The position numbers were made by a program, and so were the translations under genes. From Neophaeotheca triangularis (lineage: Eukaryota), in NCBI GenBank assembly GCA_054600435.1, contig BAAIJX010000012.1, positions 310,001 to 374,000 on the forward strand: a DNA stretch of 64,000 nt, read 5' to 3'. The notes beneath the pieces are model-generated. The model worked only from the letters and a program-made list of their open reading frames with translations. It ran no database searches and had not been told where the DNA came from. The stretch's first letter is position 1; each line of letters opens with the position of its first letter. Shown here one piece after another: positions 11,871-22,987 of this stretch.

Positions 11871-13292
11871 TTACTCTGTCTTCCCAGCCAACAAATCCTC
11901 GGCAGTCTGGTCTTTGGTGCTTCCGCTCCTAGACCGCTCACTAGGCTGCAACCCCTTGCTCTCCTCTCCTCCAGCACCGGCGCTGACACTGGCTCTCGCC
12001 TTTTCCTTCAGCCTCTCGCTGTCGGCCTTGCGGGTATCCTCACCCTTTTCCTTTTCGTCATCGTCATCGCCAAGCGAGAAGGGGTCGTTGTCGTCTTCCG
12101 GATGCGGCGCGACAGAGGTGAGCGACTGCCATTTCTTGCCATTTCCGCCGTTGGGATCATTCTTTTCTGCCAGCTTGCGGTCGATAGCGTCCACCTCGTC
12201 CACAGGGCCAGATTGTGGTGGCCGCGGTTGCGGTTTGAATAGATCTGGGTTCGCAGCACCCCGGCTACCTGAGCGTCGTGGCGGCTGCGGCGGTGCTGTT
12301 TTGTTGTCAGTGTCTGCTTCTTTCAGCCAAGCGGAGTTGTATAGGTATTGCGTACGCGCTTCTTCGTCTCTCAGCTCTAGCCTTTGAAACGTCGCATCGT
12401 CTAGCTCGTGCGGGTCGGCATCGTAATTGCGCGAGGCTTCCACGCTACGGCGCGAAGCGTCTGCTGACCTTCGTATGCCGTACAGCTGTTCGCTTTGGCT
12501 GGGTCCAAAGTTCTGCCGGCCCTGGAATTGTCCGCTGCCGCTACGCGCAGGCTTGGAGCCAGAGTACAAGTCCTCGTCCTCGTCCTCCCCATCGATGCGT
12601 TTCTTGAGATTGTTGAGCCAGCCATTAACCGTCTTTTGCGTCTGCGCAAAGCCTTGTTGGATGTTGCGACTAATCTCCGGGAGATCATCGTCGAAGAAGC
12701 TGTGTTCGCGATCGTCTTCGGTATACGATGGCCTTTGCTGGTTTGGTCTTCTGGCCGCTGGGTCGCGCTGATTGTAGTGCGCCTGTCCTCGAGAGGGCGG
12801 GCTAGTGCTGTTGAAGTGCTCGGCGAGCTGTCTCGCATACATCTCATCCTGCTCCATCTGAGTCTGCGGCTGTCGCACAGTCGGTCTAGGTGGCTGTGGT
12901 GGGGCAGCTTCCTCGGGCTTGAAGTTGGGATCGGACATGCCTAGCAGCGCATTGAATGCAGGCTCGACCTTTCCGCCCGAGGCGGTAAGAACCGCCTTGA
13001 CTACCTTTGAGTCGATTGACGGGAAGGCCTCAATCAAAGTGTTTTCAGCCTGCGCGTTGGGGCTCATGGGTCGCGGCGGCTTGGACGGCGGAGCTTCCTC
13101 ATCCTCGTCTTGGAATGAGACCCTCTTGGGTGGTGTTCTGGAGGGAGTCTCATTGCCAGCAGGGCTTAGCTTGCCGGTTTCCTGAGCTTGAGGGCGACTC
13201 TGTTCAGGGCTCTGTTCGCTATCATCAAAGTCCATCTCCTCCCGCGTCGTCGCCGACTCTTCTGCCTTGGTGGGTGATGTTGGGGTCGTCAT
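11871..13292 (-). CDS. CUE5: CUE-domain ubiquitin-binding autophagy receptor (Cue5-like); in-frame intron 12296-12355
   Basis: CUE domain LIEAFPSIDSKVVKAVLTASGGKVEPAFNALLGMSDP, QMEQDEMYARQL segment, and a C-terminal Atg8-interacting-type motif WQSL. Confidence 0.85.
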   Translation of the reverse strand: MTTPTSPTKAEESATTREEMDFDDSEQSPEQSRPQAQETGKLSPAGNETPSRTPPKRVSFQDEDEEAPPSKPPRPMSPNAQAENTLIEAFPSIDSKVVKAVLTASGGKVEPAFNALLGMSDPNFKPEEAAPPQPPRPTVRQPQTQMEQDEMYARQLAEHFNSTSPPSRGQAHYNQRDPAARRPNQQRPSYTEDDREHSFFDDDLPEISRNIQQGFAQTQKTVNGWLNNLKKRIDGEDEDEDLYSGSKPARSGSGQFQGRQNFGPSQSEQLYGIRRSADASRRSVEASRNYDADPHELDDATFQRLELRDEEARTQYLYNSAWLKEADTDNKTAPPQPPRRSGSRGAANPDLFKPQPRPPQSGPVDEVDAIDRKLAEKNDPNGGNGKKWQSLTSVAPHPEDDNDPFSLGDDDDEKEKGEDTRKADSERLKEKARASVSAGAGGEESKGLQPSERSRSGSTKDQTAEDLLAGKTE

Positions 13293-13605
13293 GATGAAGA
13301 TGACGCTACGTAAGCCGATTCAATCGCTTGCCGTAAGTGTTTTGTAGGACAGGGGATTGTGGAATGGAAGTTGGAGTTCCGAAGGTTGGTTGCCTGTGAT
13401 CTAGTTTCCAGTTACGCCTCGCCTAGTTACTCTTGCGTCACCTCAGGGTCGAGCCTTGGCGTACGCGATAGGCACGTGCCATGTCAGAAGTGAAGTTCCG
13501 AATTCCGAATTATTAGTCTCAGCTGCTGCTCTCAGACGAATCTTGTTTACACACAGCTCTGCTACGTGGTTTACGTGGTTACCAGGAGATCAGAGAATAG
13601 GCAGC

Positions 13606-14364
13606 ATGGTATACTACTTCACCAGCAACGTAGTCAAGCCATCGGCCAACATCTACGTCGGCAAAGACAAAGTGGAGAGTCAGTAACATCGCAACAACAT
13701 CACACCCCGGCAGCTCCAATGCTGACTCGACAAGAGATGAGGACCTGATTGCCCACGGCTGGCCAGAGGACGTCTGGTTCCACGTCGACAACCTCAGTTC
13801 CGCCCACATCTACCTACGCATGCGCGAAGGCGAAACCTGGGATGCCATTCCAGAGGAACTCCTGACCGACTGTGCGCAGCTCACAAAGGCCAACAGCATC
13901 GAGGGAAATAAGAAGGACAATGTCACAATCATCTACACTCCCTGGGCAAACTTGCACAAGACCGGGGCAATGGCGACGGGCCAGGTCAGCTTCAAAGACA
14001 ACAAGAAAGTCAAAAGGGTCTATGTGCAGACTAGAGAAAACCCTATTGTCAATAGGCTCAACAAAACCAAGGTGGAAAAGCATCCGGACTTGAGGGAAGA
14101 GAAGGCTGAGCGTGAACGGGAGCTGAGGAGGAGGGAAAGAATAGCTACGCAAGACAAGGTATGTTTGAGGCAATTGCTCGTGTCTACAATCGTTGATAGC
14201 GACTAACGACTTCGTAGAAAAAGGAAGAGGCCCAACTCAAGGAGGAACGAGAGCGCTTGAAGTGGCAGAAGGATCACATGTACGACGACTTGCACACTGA
14301 GGAGAACCTACAAACTACGAACAACCAAGACCGGGCACCCGATTTCGAGGACGATTTTATGTAG
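13606..14364 (+). CDS. CCDC25: CCDC25/Jlp2-like protein (NFACT-R/DUF814 domain); introns 13679-13736 and 14159-14217
   Basis: Spliced product MVYYFTS...IYVGKDKVENEDLI...DVWFHVDNLSSAHIYLR...DCAQLTKANSIEGNK...NRLNKTK...FEDDFM* matches the family hallmarks. Confidence 0.9.
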
Positions 14365-15642
14365 CGAAGAACGCATTCCAGGCGCATATCAAACTACGCC
14401 AGCGCGGGACATAACGATGGATATTGAAGTGCGTCCGGAATACGAGCGACATGCTGAAACTAAGGTACCTATTCAACGTGAGGATGACTTACCGTCCACG
14501 CCCCTAGAGGTGACGCAATCTCGGTCAATGCACATTCCTCTACCATTCGGCAACTTTGAGAAACGGGACAAGCGTGCCGACTGCACTCCTGGGTTACGAG
14601 ATTCGATGCCTTGGAGCTGATAAATAGGCAAGTAGTAAGATACACCATATTCTCTGCATACTATGGCCGCACTGGAACTTCTCTGCCAGTTTGGGCTGGA
14701 GCGTTGGGCCAATTATCAGGCGTAGTAAAGCTATCGAAGCAGCTGATAATCTTGTGAAATTGCAAGTCATCGACACAGCCCGCTCCCACAAGGCAATACA
14801 CCACTGTACGGTAAGCACAGCTGAGCGAGACTGGGTAAAGGCAGACTTACCGAAGTCCGCTCTCTAGATTTTAACCTACACAGTACCTACTTTCAAGACG
14901 AAACTAGCCTAAGCGAGGCTGGCAAGGTAATTTCCCGACTCTTCTTCGATGAGTCTTTTCCTCATCATGCGGTACTCTCTCAGTTGCACTCTATTTCACT
15001 CTGATCTCCATCTTTCTCTCTACTCTATTCTACGCTCACACTTTGTCCTTTGTCCACTCTAACTCTTGGATCTTGAAAGACACTAGATGCTAAAGATCTT
15101 GCTGGAACTGTGTGTGCATCCACGACTTCGTTCCAAATTTGATAGCACCATGTACACAATGCGCGTTCGCGAGACATGTGATCCGCATCCGACATCTATT
15201 GCGGTCCCTCCAATTCCACCGACTTGACAATTGGCGTCCCACGTATACCAGTGGCGGTATGCCCACTTCCTATCTGGCACGGACAAACGAGCCGTCTTCG
15301 CGGTCTCGAAGCTCCAGCCATGCGCTCCCCGCTCCAGCATATGCACATGACATTGGCTCTCTGTGCACATCAAGGTCTTCTCGCAGTCTAGCCAAACTTC
15401 ACGCGGAGAAGCAGATGGTCGGGATCTGCAGCATATGCAACATTGTGCGCATAATGTGGGGTATTTGTCTTTAGCCGCGACTCAGTCGGGGTCATACAGG
15501 CACGACTTCGAAGCAAGGAAAGACTAACAACTGTCAAGGTGAACCCGCAGCTCTTAGCTTGGGTAGCTGCGGAGTCTACATTGTATCGTGGCGGACGTTG
15601 CTCTCCGATCCCAAACGGGAAAGACGTCTTGTTCGTGAGACA

Positions 15643-15650
15643 TATAAAAA
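15643..15650 (+). promoter_or_regulatory. TATA box of the mannanase gene
   Basis: TATAAAAA about 70 bp upstream of the ATG at 15716. Confidence 0.55.
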
Positions 15651-15715
15651 GGCCATGAAGTACGACAACAGTACCGAGGTACTATCCGAGCAAACACGAC
15701 GCCGCTTCCCCAAAG

Positions 15716-17187
15716 ATGCTTATATCCCTCGTCTCTCTCTGGCCACTGGCCGCTTTGACAGCATCGACACTCGCGGCTCCTTCGAGTCACGGCAAAGTTC
15801 CCAAGGGGTTCGTGACTACTAAAGGTACTCAGTTCCGGCTCGATGGAAAGAGTTTCTTTTATGCCGGGACCAATGCCTACTACTTCCCGTTCGACAATGT
15901 GAGCCAGACCTTTGCTGCAAATCGTGGACTAACTCAAGCTGACATCACTACAGAACCAAGCTGATGTCGAGGCTGGAATGACCGCGGCGAAGAGGGCCGG
16001 TCTAAAGGTCTTCCGCACTTGGGGGTTCAACGACAAGAATGTGACCTATGTCGAAGGCGGCTTGCCACAGTACGGTGCTGAAGGCGCCGGGGAGACCCCT
16101 GTCGTCTTCCAGCGTTTCGACGGCGACGGTCCGTCGACGATTGATGTGACTGCCTTTGACGCTGTCGTCAATGCAGCGACGAAGACGGGCATGAAGTTGA
16201 TCATTGCGCTGACCAACAATTGGGTAGGTCCAGCTCTTCTTAAGTACGACTGATTAATAACACTCTTATTAACCATCTCCCTTCAGGCCGATTACGGAGG
16301 AATGGACGTCTACACCGTCAACCTAGGGGGCCAATACCACGACGACGTTCGTCTTGTCCTCTCCAACTAACCTCTCTCGGCGCTCCACTGACAAGACCCA
16401 AGTTCTACCGCCTTCCGGCGATCAAAGACGCCTACAAACGCTACGCCCAGGCCATGGTGACGCGCTACAAAGATTCACCCGCCATCATGGCCTGGGAGCT
16501 AGCGAACGAACCGCGCTGCGCCGCCGACGGCACCCGCAACCTGCCCGGGAGCGACGACTGCTCGCCTGGATTGCTGCACGACTGGATTGACGAAATGAGC
16601 ACTTATATCAAATCGCTCGACCCGCATCATCTTGTTACGTGGGGTGGTGAAGGCGATTTCAACCGCGAGTCGGATGATTGGGCGTACAACGGCACTAATG
16701 GCGGCGATTTTGATGCTGAGATGGGTGAGCAGATGTCACTCTAATTTTTTAGCCTCTTGCACCTCACTGACCACGATTTCCGCTAGCGCTTCCCAACATC
16801 GACTTCGGCACCTTCCACTCGTACCCGGACTGGTGGTCCAAGACCGTCTCCTGGACGAACCATTGGATCCGCGACCACGCCGCTTCCATGCGTGTTGCCA
16901 ACAAACCCGTAATTCATGAGGAATACGGCTGGCTCACCAACGAAGCTCGGCTGGACGCTCTCAACCGCACAGAAGAAGCCGGGCGCGTCGAGGTGCTCTC
17001 GGGATGGCAAGCGCTGACGAGGAAGTACCGTATGAGCGACATGTACTGGCAGTTTGGATACAGCGGTTATTCATATGGCAGGAACCACGATGACGGATTT
17101 ACAATCTTTTTGGACGACAAGGAAGCAAAGCCGTTGGTGTACTGGCACGCTGCGAAGATCAACTGGCTGAATTGGTTGCCTTGGTAG
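15716..17187 (+). CDS. Secreted endo-1,4-beta-mannanase, GH5 (subfamily 7-like), no CBM1; 5 exons
   Basis: Signal peptide, [41 protein letters not shown] (acid/base Glu), [12 protein letters not shown] and IHEEYGW (nucleophile Glu). Four canonical introns join the ORF pieces. Confidence 0.93.
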
Positions 17188-18157
17188 AGATGCTGTTGAT
17201 CTCTATATGGCGGTTCAGGTTGTTCTGGAGGCTAGTTTGCAAGAGTTGTTGCCGGGGGGCAAGGATCAAGGCTCTTGTTTTGACGTCTCCAGCAATGATA
17301 TCTCGTTCCTTTTCGACAGCCATTGTCCTAGTGGTTTAGTGAGGTCAACCTTAGGGGCCACGCCCACCCGTCGCCTGAATGCGACGAGTTGACGACAGGA
17401 GAGGGTATTTGCTGGGAAGGCTTTTGGGGTCCTGATTCGAGGCTTTTGCAACAATGTCTCAGGCAATGGTAGCTCAATCCTTGTCGCCGACCAACGTTTC
17501 CGCTTGAATGAATTAGACACGGCGTTCTTGCCCATCGTGGCAGTATGAACAAGGGGTACACAGTTCGCCAAGGGAGAAGCTCTCTATCCGTATGTCCGTT
17601 GATCGCAGTAGCATGTCTTACATCGTTCTTCGTCCCTCATCGAATCGCTATCGAGCAGCTGATAGGCTCTGGTCGAAGAAGCTTCCAGGGGTTCGTATAT
17701 TCAGCCAGAGTCGTATTAGGGTAGTGTACATTCGAATGCCTCGAAGTCATTGGATTTACTGGGAGAATTTTTATCATGTACTGCGTCCACGAAGCAACAC
17801 CCACTTCATACCTATATATCTACTAAGTAGGAGGTGTTACCTAGCTTGCCTAGGTAAGGTGTATTAAGTATGGTACTGGGCATGCCACTTGGGGAACGTC
17901 ATCTCGCATTGGCTGTGGAGCTCAAGTCACACACCCACTTCCAATTCACTTCCTTGAAAGTTGACCCCACTTGCTCAGCCTTAAGGTACCTTATATATAT
18001 CATTGGAGCTACTGCTTACACTTTCACTTTCAGGCTTGACGTCTCCCCCATTCCAGGTTATTTACGCCTCTAGGCTTATGAATAAAGAACAGACAGACAT
18101 TCGTAAACCCCCCTCCCTCTGATTGAAGTTACTTACCACCCCGAGAACATCACAATC

Positions 18158-19909
18158 ATGGCTTCCTACGTTTCTTCTGCGACTTCTGCGCTGGCCTCTT
18201 GGAACCCTTTCACCCACCGCAAAGAAAAGAAAGACCCCGAGGACCAGGGAGAAACCATTGGAGCGGACACGGTAGCAGGTGGTGGACATGGCTCCCGAGA
18301 ATCTGAGATTACAAAGAGAGGCCTTCGAATCAGCCATGCTCTTCAAAGTTTCCTCGTCAAGGAAGGCCTCTTACCCAAAGGCGATGCCGATACCACTGAG
18401 ATCACCCCAAGAATGCATGAGCTGCTGGACAAACCTCACGTACAGCTACCAGCCTCTGTCACTGATCGATCCCACGCCCTCTCGGAGTACTACATCAGCT
18501 CTTCTCACAACACTTATCTAACCGCCCATCAGATGTGGGGCGAATCTCACGTGGATGCTTACACGCTTGCTCTTAACACTGGCTCCAGATGTGTGGAGAT
18601 TGACGTCTGGGATGACAGCGAGAACCCTGATGAGCCCAAGGTGACCCACGGCTGGACTCTCACTTCGAATGTATCTTTTCGTTCCGTCTGCGAGACGATT
18701 CGCGATGTTGTGGACCGCGAAGCAGCCGAGTCGCAGAATGTGCCTGGCTATCAGGCCGCCCCAATCATGGTCTCTCTTGAAAACCATTGTGATGCCCATG
18801 GTCAACGTCGAATCGCTACCATCATGCGCGAAACATGGGGCGATCGCCTCCTCAGCAAGCCAGTGCGAGACACTGGCAAGGCCGAGGAGCACGGATCTGA
18901 CAAGCACGTCACTCTAGAAGCGCTCGGCTCCAAGATTGCAGTCCAAGTCGAGTACCACTTCCCAGACGAGCCCGAGTCCTCTGATAGCGAAGAGGAAGAC
19001 GAAGAAGAAGACGCAGAAGCCGTAAAAGCCCACGCCGACTACAAAGAGAAGAAAAAAGCAGCCGCCAGCGCCGTCATCGTCCCCGAACTAGAAGAACTAG
19101 GCGTCTACGCTCAATCCGTGAAACCACGCGATAAGTCCTGGCTCGAGGGCGAGCTCGAAGGAGGGCCCCACCACCACCTTATCAACGTCTCCGAATCCGG
19201 CCTCGCCTCGCTGATGCCATCCTGGAGCCAGCAAATCTCCAAACACAACGCCAACCATCTGATGCGCGTGTACCCAAAAGGCACCCGCATCTTCTCGCGC
19301 AACCTCAATCCCGTCATCTTTTGGGCCGTCGGCGCCCAAGTCTGCGCCCTCAACTGGCAAACCTTCGACGCCAGCATGCAACTCAACGAAGCCTTATTCG
19401 CCGGCAGCGACGGCTACGTCCTCAAACCCGCTCCCCTGCGCAAAGGCGGCTCCGGCATCCTCGACTCCGGCCGCAAGCGCAAACTCCGCTTACACATCGC
19501 CGGCGCCTCGGACGTCCCGCTCCCCGACGGGCGCGACCCCAGCGACATCCTGCCCTACGTAACCTGCACGCTCGTGCACCCGGACAACCTCGACGACGAC
19601 CCGCCGAAGCGCAAGACCGAACCCTACAAGCAGCGCAAACTGGGCTTCCTGCACCGCGGCGAGAACCCGCCCGCCAACGACCCCGTGTGGAACGAGCGGC
19701 TGGAATGGGAGTACGAGGAGAACGAGATGGCGTTTCTGCGCATCCTGCTCAAGAGCGACGACAGCTGGAAGCGCAACCCGATCCTCGCCGTTACAGCGGT
19801 ACGCTTGGCCTTTGTGGCCGAAGGTTGGTGTTTCATCCGCATGTTGGACCTCCGGGGCGCGGAAACGCATTGCAGTTTGTTGGTGAAGTTCGAGCATCTG
19901 GACGTCTAG
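18158..19909 (+). CDS. Phosphoinositide-specific phospholipase C (X-Y-C2, short form)
   Basis: X box YYISSSHNTYL, RCVEIDVWD, VTHGWTLT and SLENHC; acidic X-Y linker; Y box RVYPKGTRI.S.N...ALNWQTFD; C-terminal C2 domain. Confidence 0.95.
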   Translation: MASYVSSATSALASWNPFTHRKEKKDPEDQGETIGADTVAGGGHGSRESEITKRGLRISHALQSFLVKEGLLPKGDADTTEITPRMHELLDKPHVQLPASVTDRSHALSEYYISSSHNTYLTAHQMWGESHVDAYTLALNTGSRCVEIDVWDDSENPDEPKVTHGWTLTSNVSFRSVCETIRDVVDREAAESQNVPGYQAAPIMVSLENHCDAHGQRRIATIMRETWGDRLLSKPVRDTGKAEEHGSDKHVTLEALGSKIAVQVEYHFPDEPESSDSEEEDEEEDAEAVKAHADYKEKKKAAASAVIVPELEELGVYAQSVKPRDKSWLEGELEGGPHHHLINVSESGLASLMPSWSQQISKHNANHLMRVYPKGTRIFSRNLNPVIFWAVGAQVCALNWQTFDASMQLNEALFAGSDGYVLKPAPLRKGGSGILDSGRKRKLRLHIAGASDVPLPDGRDPSDILPYVTCTLVHPDNLDDDPPKRKTEPYKQRKLGFLHRGENPPANDPVWNERLEWEYEENEMAFLRILLKSDDSWKRNPILAVTAVRLAFVAEGWCFIRMLDLRGAETHCSLLVKFEHLDV

Positions 19910-20534
19910 AGACTCGGGGCGGTTTGGGCAAGCGAGGGAGCTGGCCTAGACGACTACACGGCTTCCAGAAGGTATGAGCAGGAGAGTTGCGGAAGTCGAG
20001 TCGTCTGGATGAAGTATATGCAATCCGTCCGTAGCCCGCAGGGGCCGAGTCGTCCGGGCTGTTGGGGGAGGAGGGGAGGCTTTTAGCGGAGGCGTGCATA
20101 AAATACCCTGTCCATACTCGGCATGATTAACAATGATCTTTCAACCTTGATAGTCTGCTGCAGGCCTTTGAAGGGCGGGACACTGTGGTCATGTAAACCC
20201 CGTTCTAAATTGCAACGTGGACTTTCGAGAATCTGCACGATACCTGCGTTCGCTCGTTTGCTACAACCTTATTTGTGCACTCTCGGCGTCCCTGGCTGTC
20301 CTAGCCGTGTGTTGTGCGGTCGAGCGGCGTTTCAACGGCAGTCGTGGAGAACGAAAAAGGGAGTCTCAATCAACAGGGATGGGGTTTGAGTGATGCGATG
20401 TAGAACTTTTCTCAGGCGGAAGTTGGTACAAAGCGTGCACCAGCAGCGTTCAGGAAAAGTCTTGTCATCTGGGCGCGACCGTACAAATAAAGGGTATCTC
20501 GAAACATCACATACGAGCTTGCCTGCTGGCACAC

Positions 20535-22835
20535 TCACGCGGCAAACCCCAATCCCCTACCCTCCTCATCCTCCCGGAGAGCAACCCTGACATCGTCTTC
20601 CCCAACCCCAAGCCTAACCCTCCCGACCCGCTCACCCGCTCCTCTCTCGACTCCCACGATCCCTGCCTCCGCCAACTCCTGCGCCGCGACCCCCAGCCCC
20701 AGAAGCCGTGCTACTGCCACTTCGCCATCCACACCCCAAGCCCCTTTCTTGCTAGCAGCCTGCCTGCCTCGCTTGCCCGGCGCGGCTGCCGTGCCAGGGA
20801 CACCGGCGTCCTCGTCGACAAAGCCGACTTGTTGAGTCAAGAGGTACGTAGATAGGGCTTGGGAATTCGCGCCTTTACCCAATTTCAGCGCCTCGTCCAC
20901 GACGTCGGCGAGCGTGGCTTCCGTGATTCCCGTCCGGCGGAGGCGAGCGAGGAGTGCCGCGAGAAAGACCTTGGAAGCGAGCGGGAGGGAACGCAAGTAG
21001 CTCGCGAGAGGCGTGGAAGTGGCTTCGTTGATGGCGCGCTTAATGGTGGCGATAGTGACGACGGCGCGTTTTGGGGGAGCCGTGGCGCCCGCGGGCGGGA
21101 GACCGAGGCGCTGGCGAGCGGTTGTTTTGCTCGGGGATGTCATGGGGAGAGGGGCTTCTTTGGCAGCCGCGAGGGTGTCTTGTTCGGCGATTTCGACGGC
21201 GCGGCGGCATATGTCTAGCGCGCGCCGGGCGTCGCCTGAAACTGCGGCGACTTTGCGTGAGGCGAATTGAACGGCGTCCGGGTCTACGATGACTTCGCGG
21301 ACGGTTTCGAGGCGGGATTGGATAATGGCCATGAGTTGGGTGTGGGTGTAGCCGGGGAAAGTGATACGAGTTAGACCTAAGCGGGAGGAGATTTTGTTGG
21401 AAAGGGTGCGCTCAGGCAGGTCCATGGTGTTGGCTACGGCTAGGACAATCAGACGCGAGTGTCGTTGTTGCGGCCAATTGAAGAAGTTGTACATGACGCC
21501 TTGGTTGCGGGTTACAAGTTGGTCGAGCTCGTCCATTAGAACGACGCAGGGGACGCGGCGGGGTGACGGAGTGCTGAATTCGCGTTCTAGCAGCTCGAGG
21601 GCGTGAGAGGGAGTCACGCGGTCGCCTTTCAGAGCTTCCCATAGTAGTGAGTAAGATTGGTGAGGGTCGGTAACTTTCATGCCATTAATCTCGACAAAAT
21701 AGAAGTCGTCTAGACTCTCTTCTGCGACGGCGGATTGGAGGGAAGCAACGACTTCGCGGACTGTTGCTGTCTTCCCTGTGCCTGGAGTGCCTGAAATGTA
21801 AATGCAGGCGCCCGTGCCTGCCGTAATGGCTGCTTCGAGATGGGAATTTACCGTGTCAAACTCATTCTCACGACAAGGCAAGGCGTGTGGTACGGCTGAA
21901 ACATGGAGGGTCGAGCGCGCCAGCTGATAGGGTGATGCTTGAGTCTGAGCAGGTGAAAGTACGCGTGTGCCTAGAGGCGTGAACTCAAGAGGCTTCTTCG
22001 CATGTATTCTGCGGCTGGTGGGTGTCTGGACTTTACGTGGAGTTCTCGTCTTGGATGGCGTAGTCGTACCTGAGGCCGCTTTCCGGCGTTTTCGAGGCGT
22101 AGCTGGGCCATCAGCATCGTCGTCGTCCATTATGAAGTCGTCCAAGTCTTGTTCTTTTGCGCTCTTTGTCGCCTTTCGCTTTCTGGTCTTCACGGTCTGC
22201 CTTTCCACCAATTCGGACAGGCCGTCCATATCCTCCTTTCCCCTGTACACATTCTCCCATTTGAACTCGTCTGTGTATGTAGCCGTCCGAGCGTTGACAC
22301 CTCTCCGACAAACGAATATCTTGCCATAGTCTCTTGAATTCCTAGGTACCTTTCCACTAGGGTAGAGCGCATTGTATGTCTCTTCTGACACCAGTCTCGC
22401 CTTGCCGTTGATGGTAGTAAGAGGGTTATCGTCGAAGTTTGACGTGATGTACAGCTCATTCGGGAGAAAGTCAGTCCGCTTCTTCTTACTCCTTATCTCT
22501 TTCTCCGAAGACAGCCACATCATCGTGGCCTTCTTCTGGACCACCATTTCACCATCGTCGTCCTCAATCTCCCCCTCGGACAGGTCGTAGACCAAGGCAA
22601 CCCAGGCATCGTTCCCAGGTGCTTTCAACAGGACAGCGTCGCCGATTTGACATTGAAAAGAGCCCATGCGAGCACCAATGATGGGTTTCCCATCTTCTTT
22701 TCCGCCCTCATATATCCATTCCCACGGGTGATCTTCAAGTCCCAGCTCATCGTCAGAGTCTTCGCGAAGGACCCCTCCACCTGACAGTAGATGTCGAGCA
22801 TGCTCGAGTTTTGTGCGCTTCCTTTTAGGCGGCAT
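20535..22835 (-). CDS. ORC1: Origin recognition complex subunit 1
   Basis: N-terminal BAH domain and a basic linker with S/T-P CDK sites. LPCRENEF, Walker A GTPGTGKT, Walker B LMDELD, ANTMDLPER and GDARRALDICRRA. Confidence 0.96.
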   Translation of the reverse strand: MPPKRKRTKLEHARHLLSGGGVLREDSDDELGLEDHPWEWIYEGGKEDGKPIIGARMGSFQCQIGDAVLLKAPGNDAWVALVYDLSEGEIEDDDGEMVVQKKATMMWLSSEKEIRSKKKRTDFLPNELYITSNFDDNPLTTINGKARLVSEETYNALYPSGKVPRNSRDYGKIFVCRRGVNARTATYTDEFKWENVYRGKEDMDGLSELVERQTVKTRKRKATKSAKEQDLDDFIMDDDDADGPATPRKRRKAASGTTTPSKTRTPRKVQTPTSRRIHAKKPLEFTPLGTRVLSPAQTQASPYQLARSTLHVSAVPHALPCRENEFDTVNSHLEAAITAGTGACIYISGTPGTGKTATVREVVASLQSAVAEESLDDFYFVEINGMKVTDPHQSYSLLWEALKGDRVTPSHALELLEREFSTPSPRRVPCVVLMDELDQLVTRNQGVMYNFFNWPQQRHSRLIVLAVANTMDLPERTLSNKISSRLGLTRITFPGYTHTQLMAIIQSRLETVREVIVDPDAVQFASRKVAAVSGDARRALDICRRAVEIAEQDTLAAAKEAPLPMTSPSKTTARQRLGLPPAGATAPPKRAVVTIATIKRAINEATSTPLASYLRSLPLASKVFLAALLARLRRTGITEATLADVVDEALKLGKGANSQALSTYLLTQQVGFVDEDAGVPGTAAAPGKRGRQAASKKGAWGVDGEVAVARLLGLGVAAQELAEAGIVGVERGAGERVGRVRLGVGEDDVRVALREDEEGRGLGFAA

Positions 22836-22948
22836 TGTTGAGATGGATTAGGTCGAGTTGGGCTGGTGTTGGCAGACTTAATCCGTCAGTTGGGCCTACA
22901 ACCCAAGGTAAGTAAGTTTACTCGAGCTGCGACGTCGGATAATTTACA

Positions 22949-22987
22949 ACGCGAAGACACGCGCCGCGCTATCACGACATCACGTGA
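22949..22987. promoter_or_regulatory. MCB/SCB-like ACGCG sites plus a palindromic E-box TCACGTGA upstream of ORC1
   Basis: ACGCGAA at 22949-22955, ACGCG at 22959-22963 and TCACGTGA at 22980-22987, 115-150 bp from the ORC1 ATG. Confidence 0.45.
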
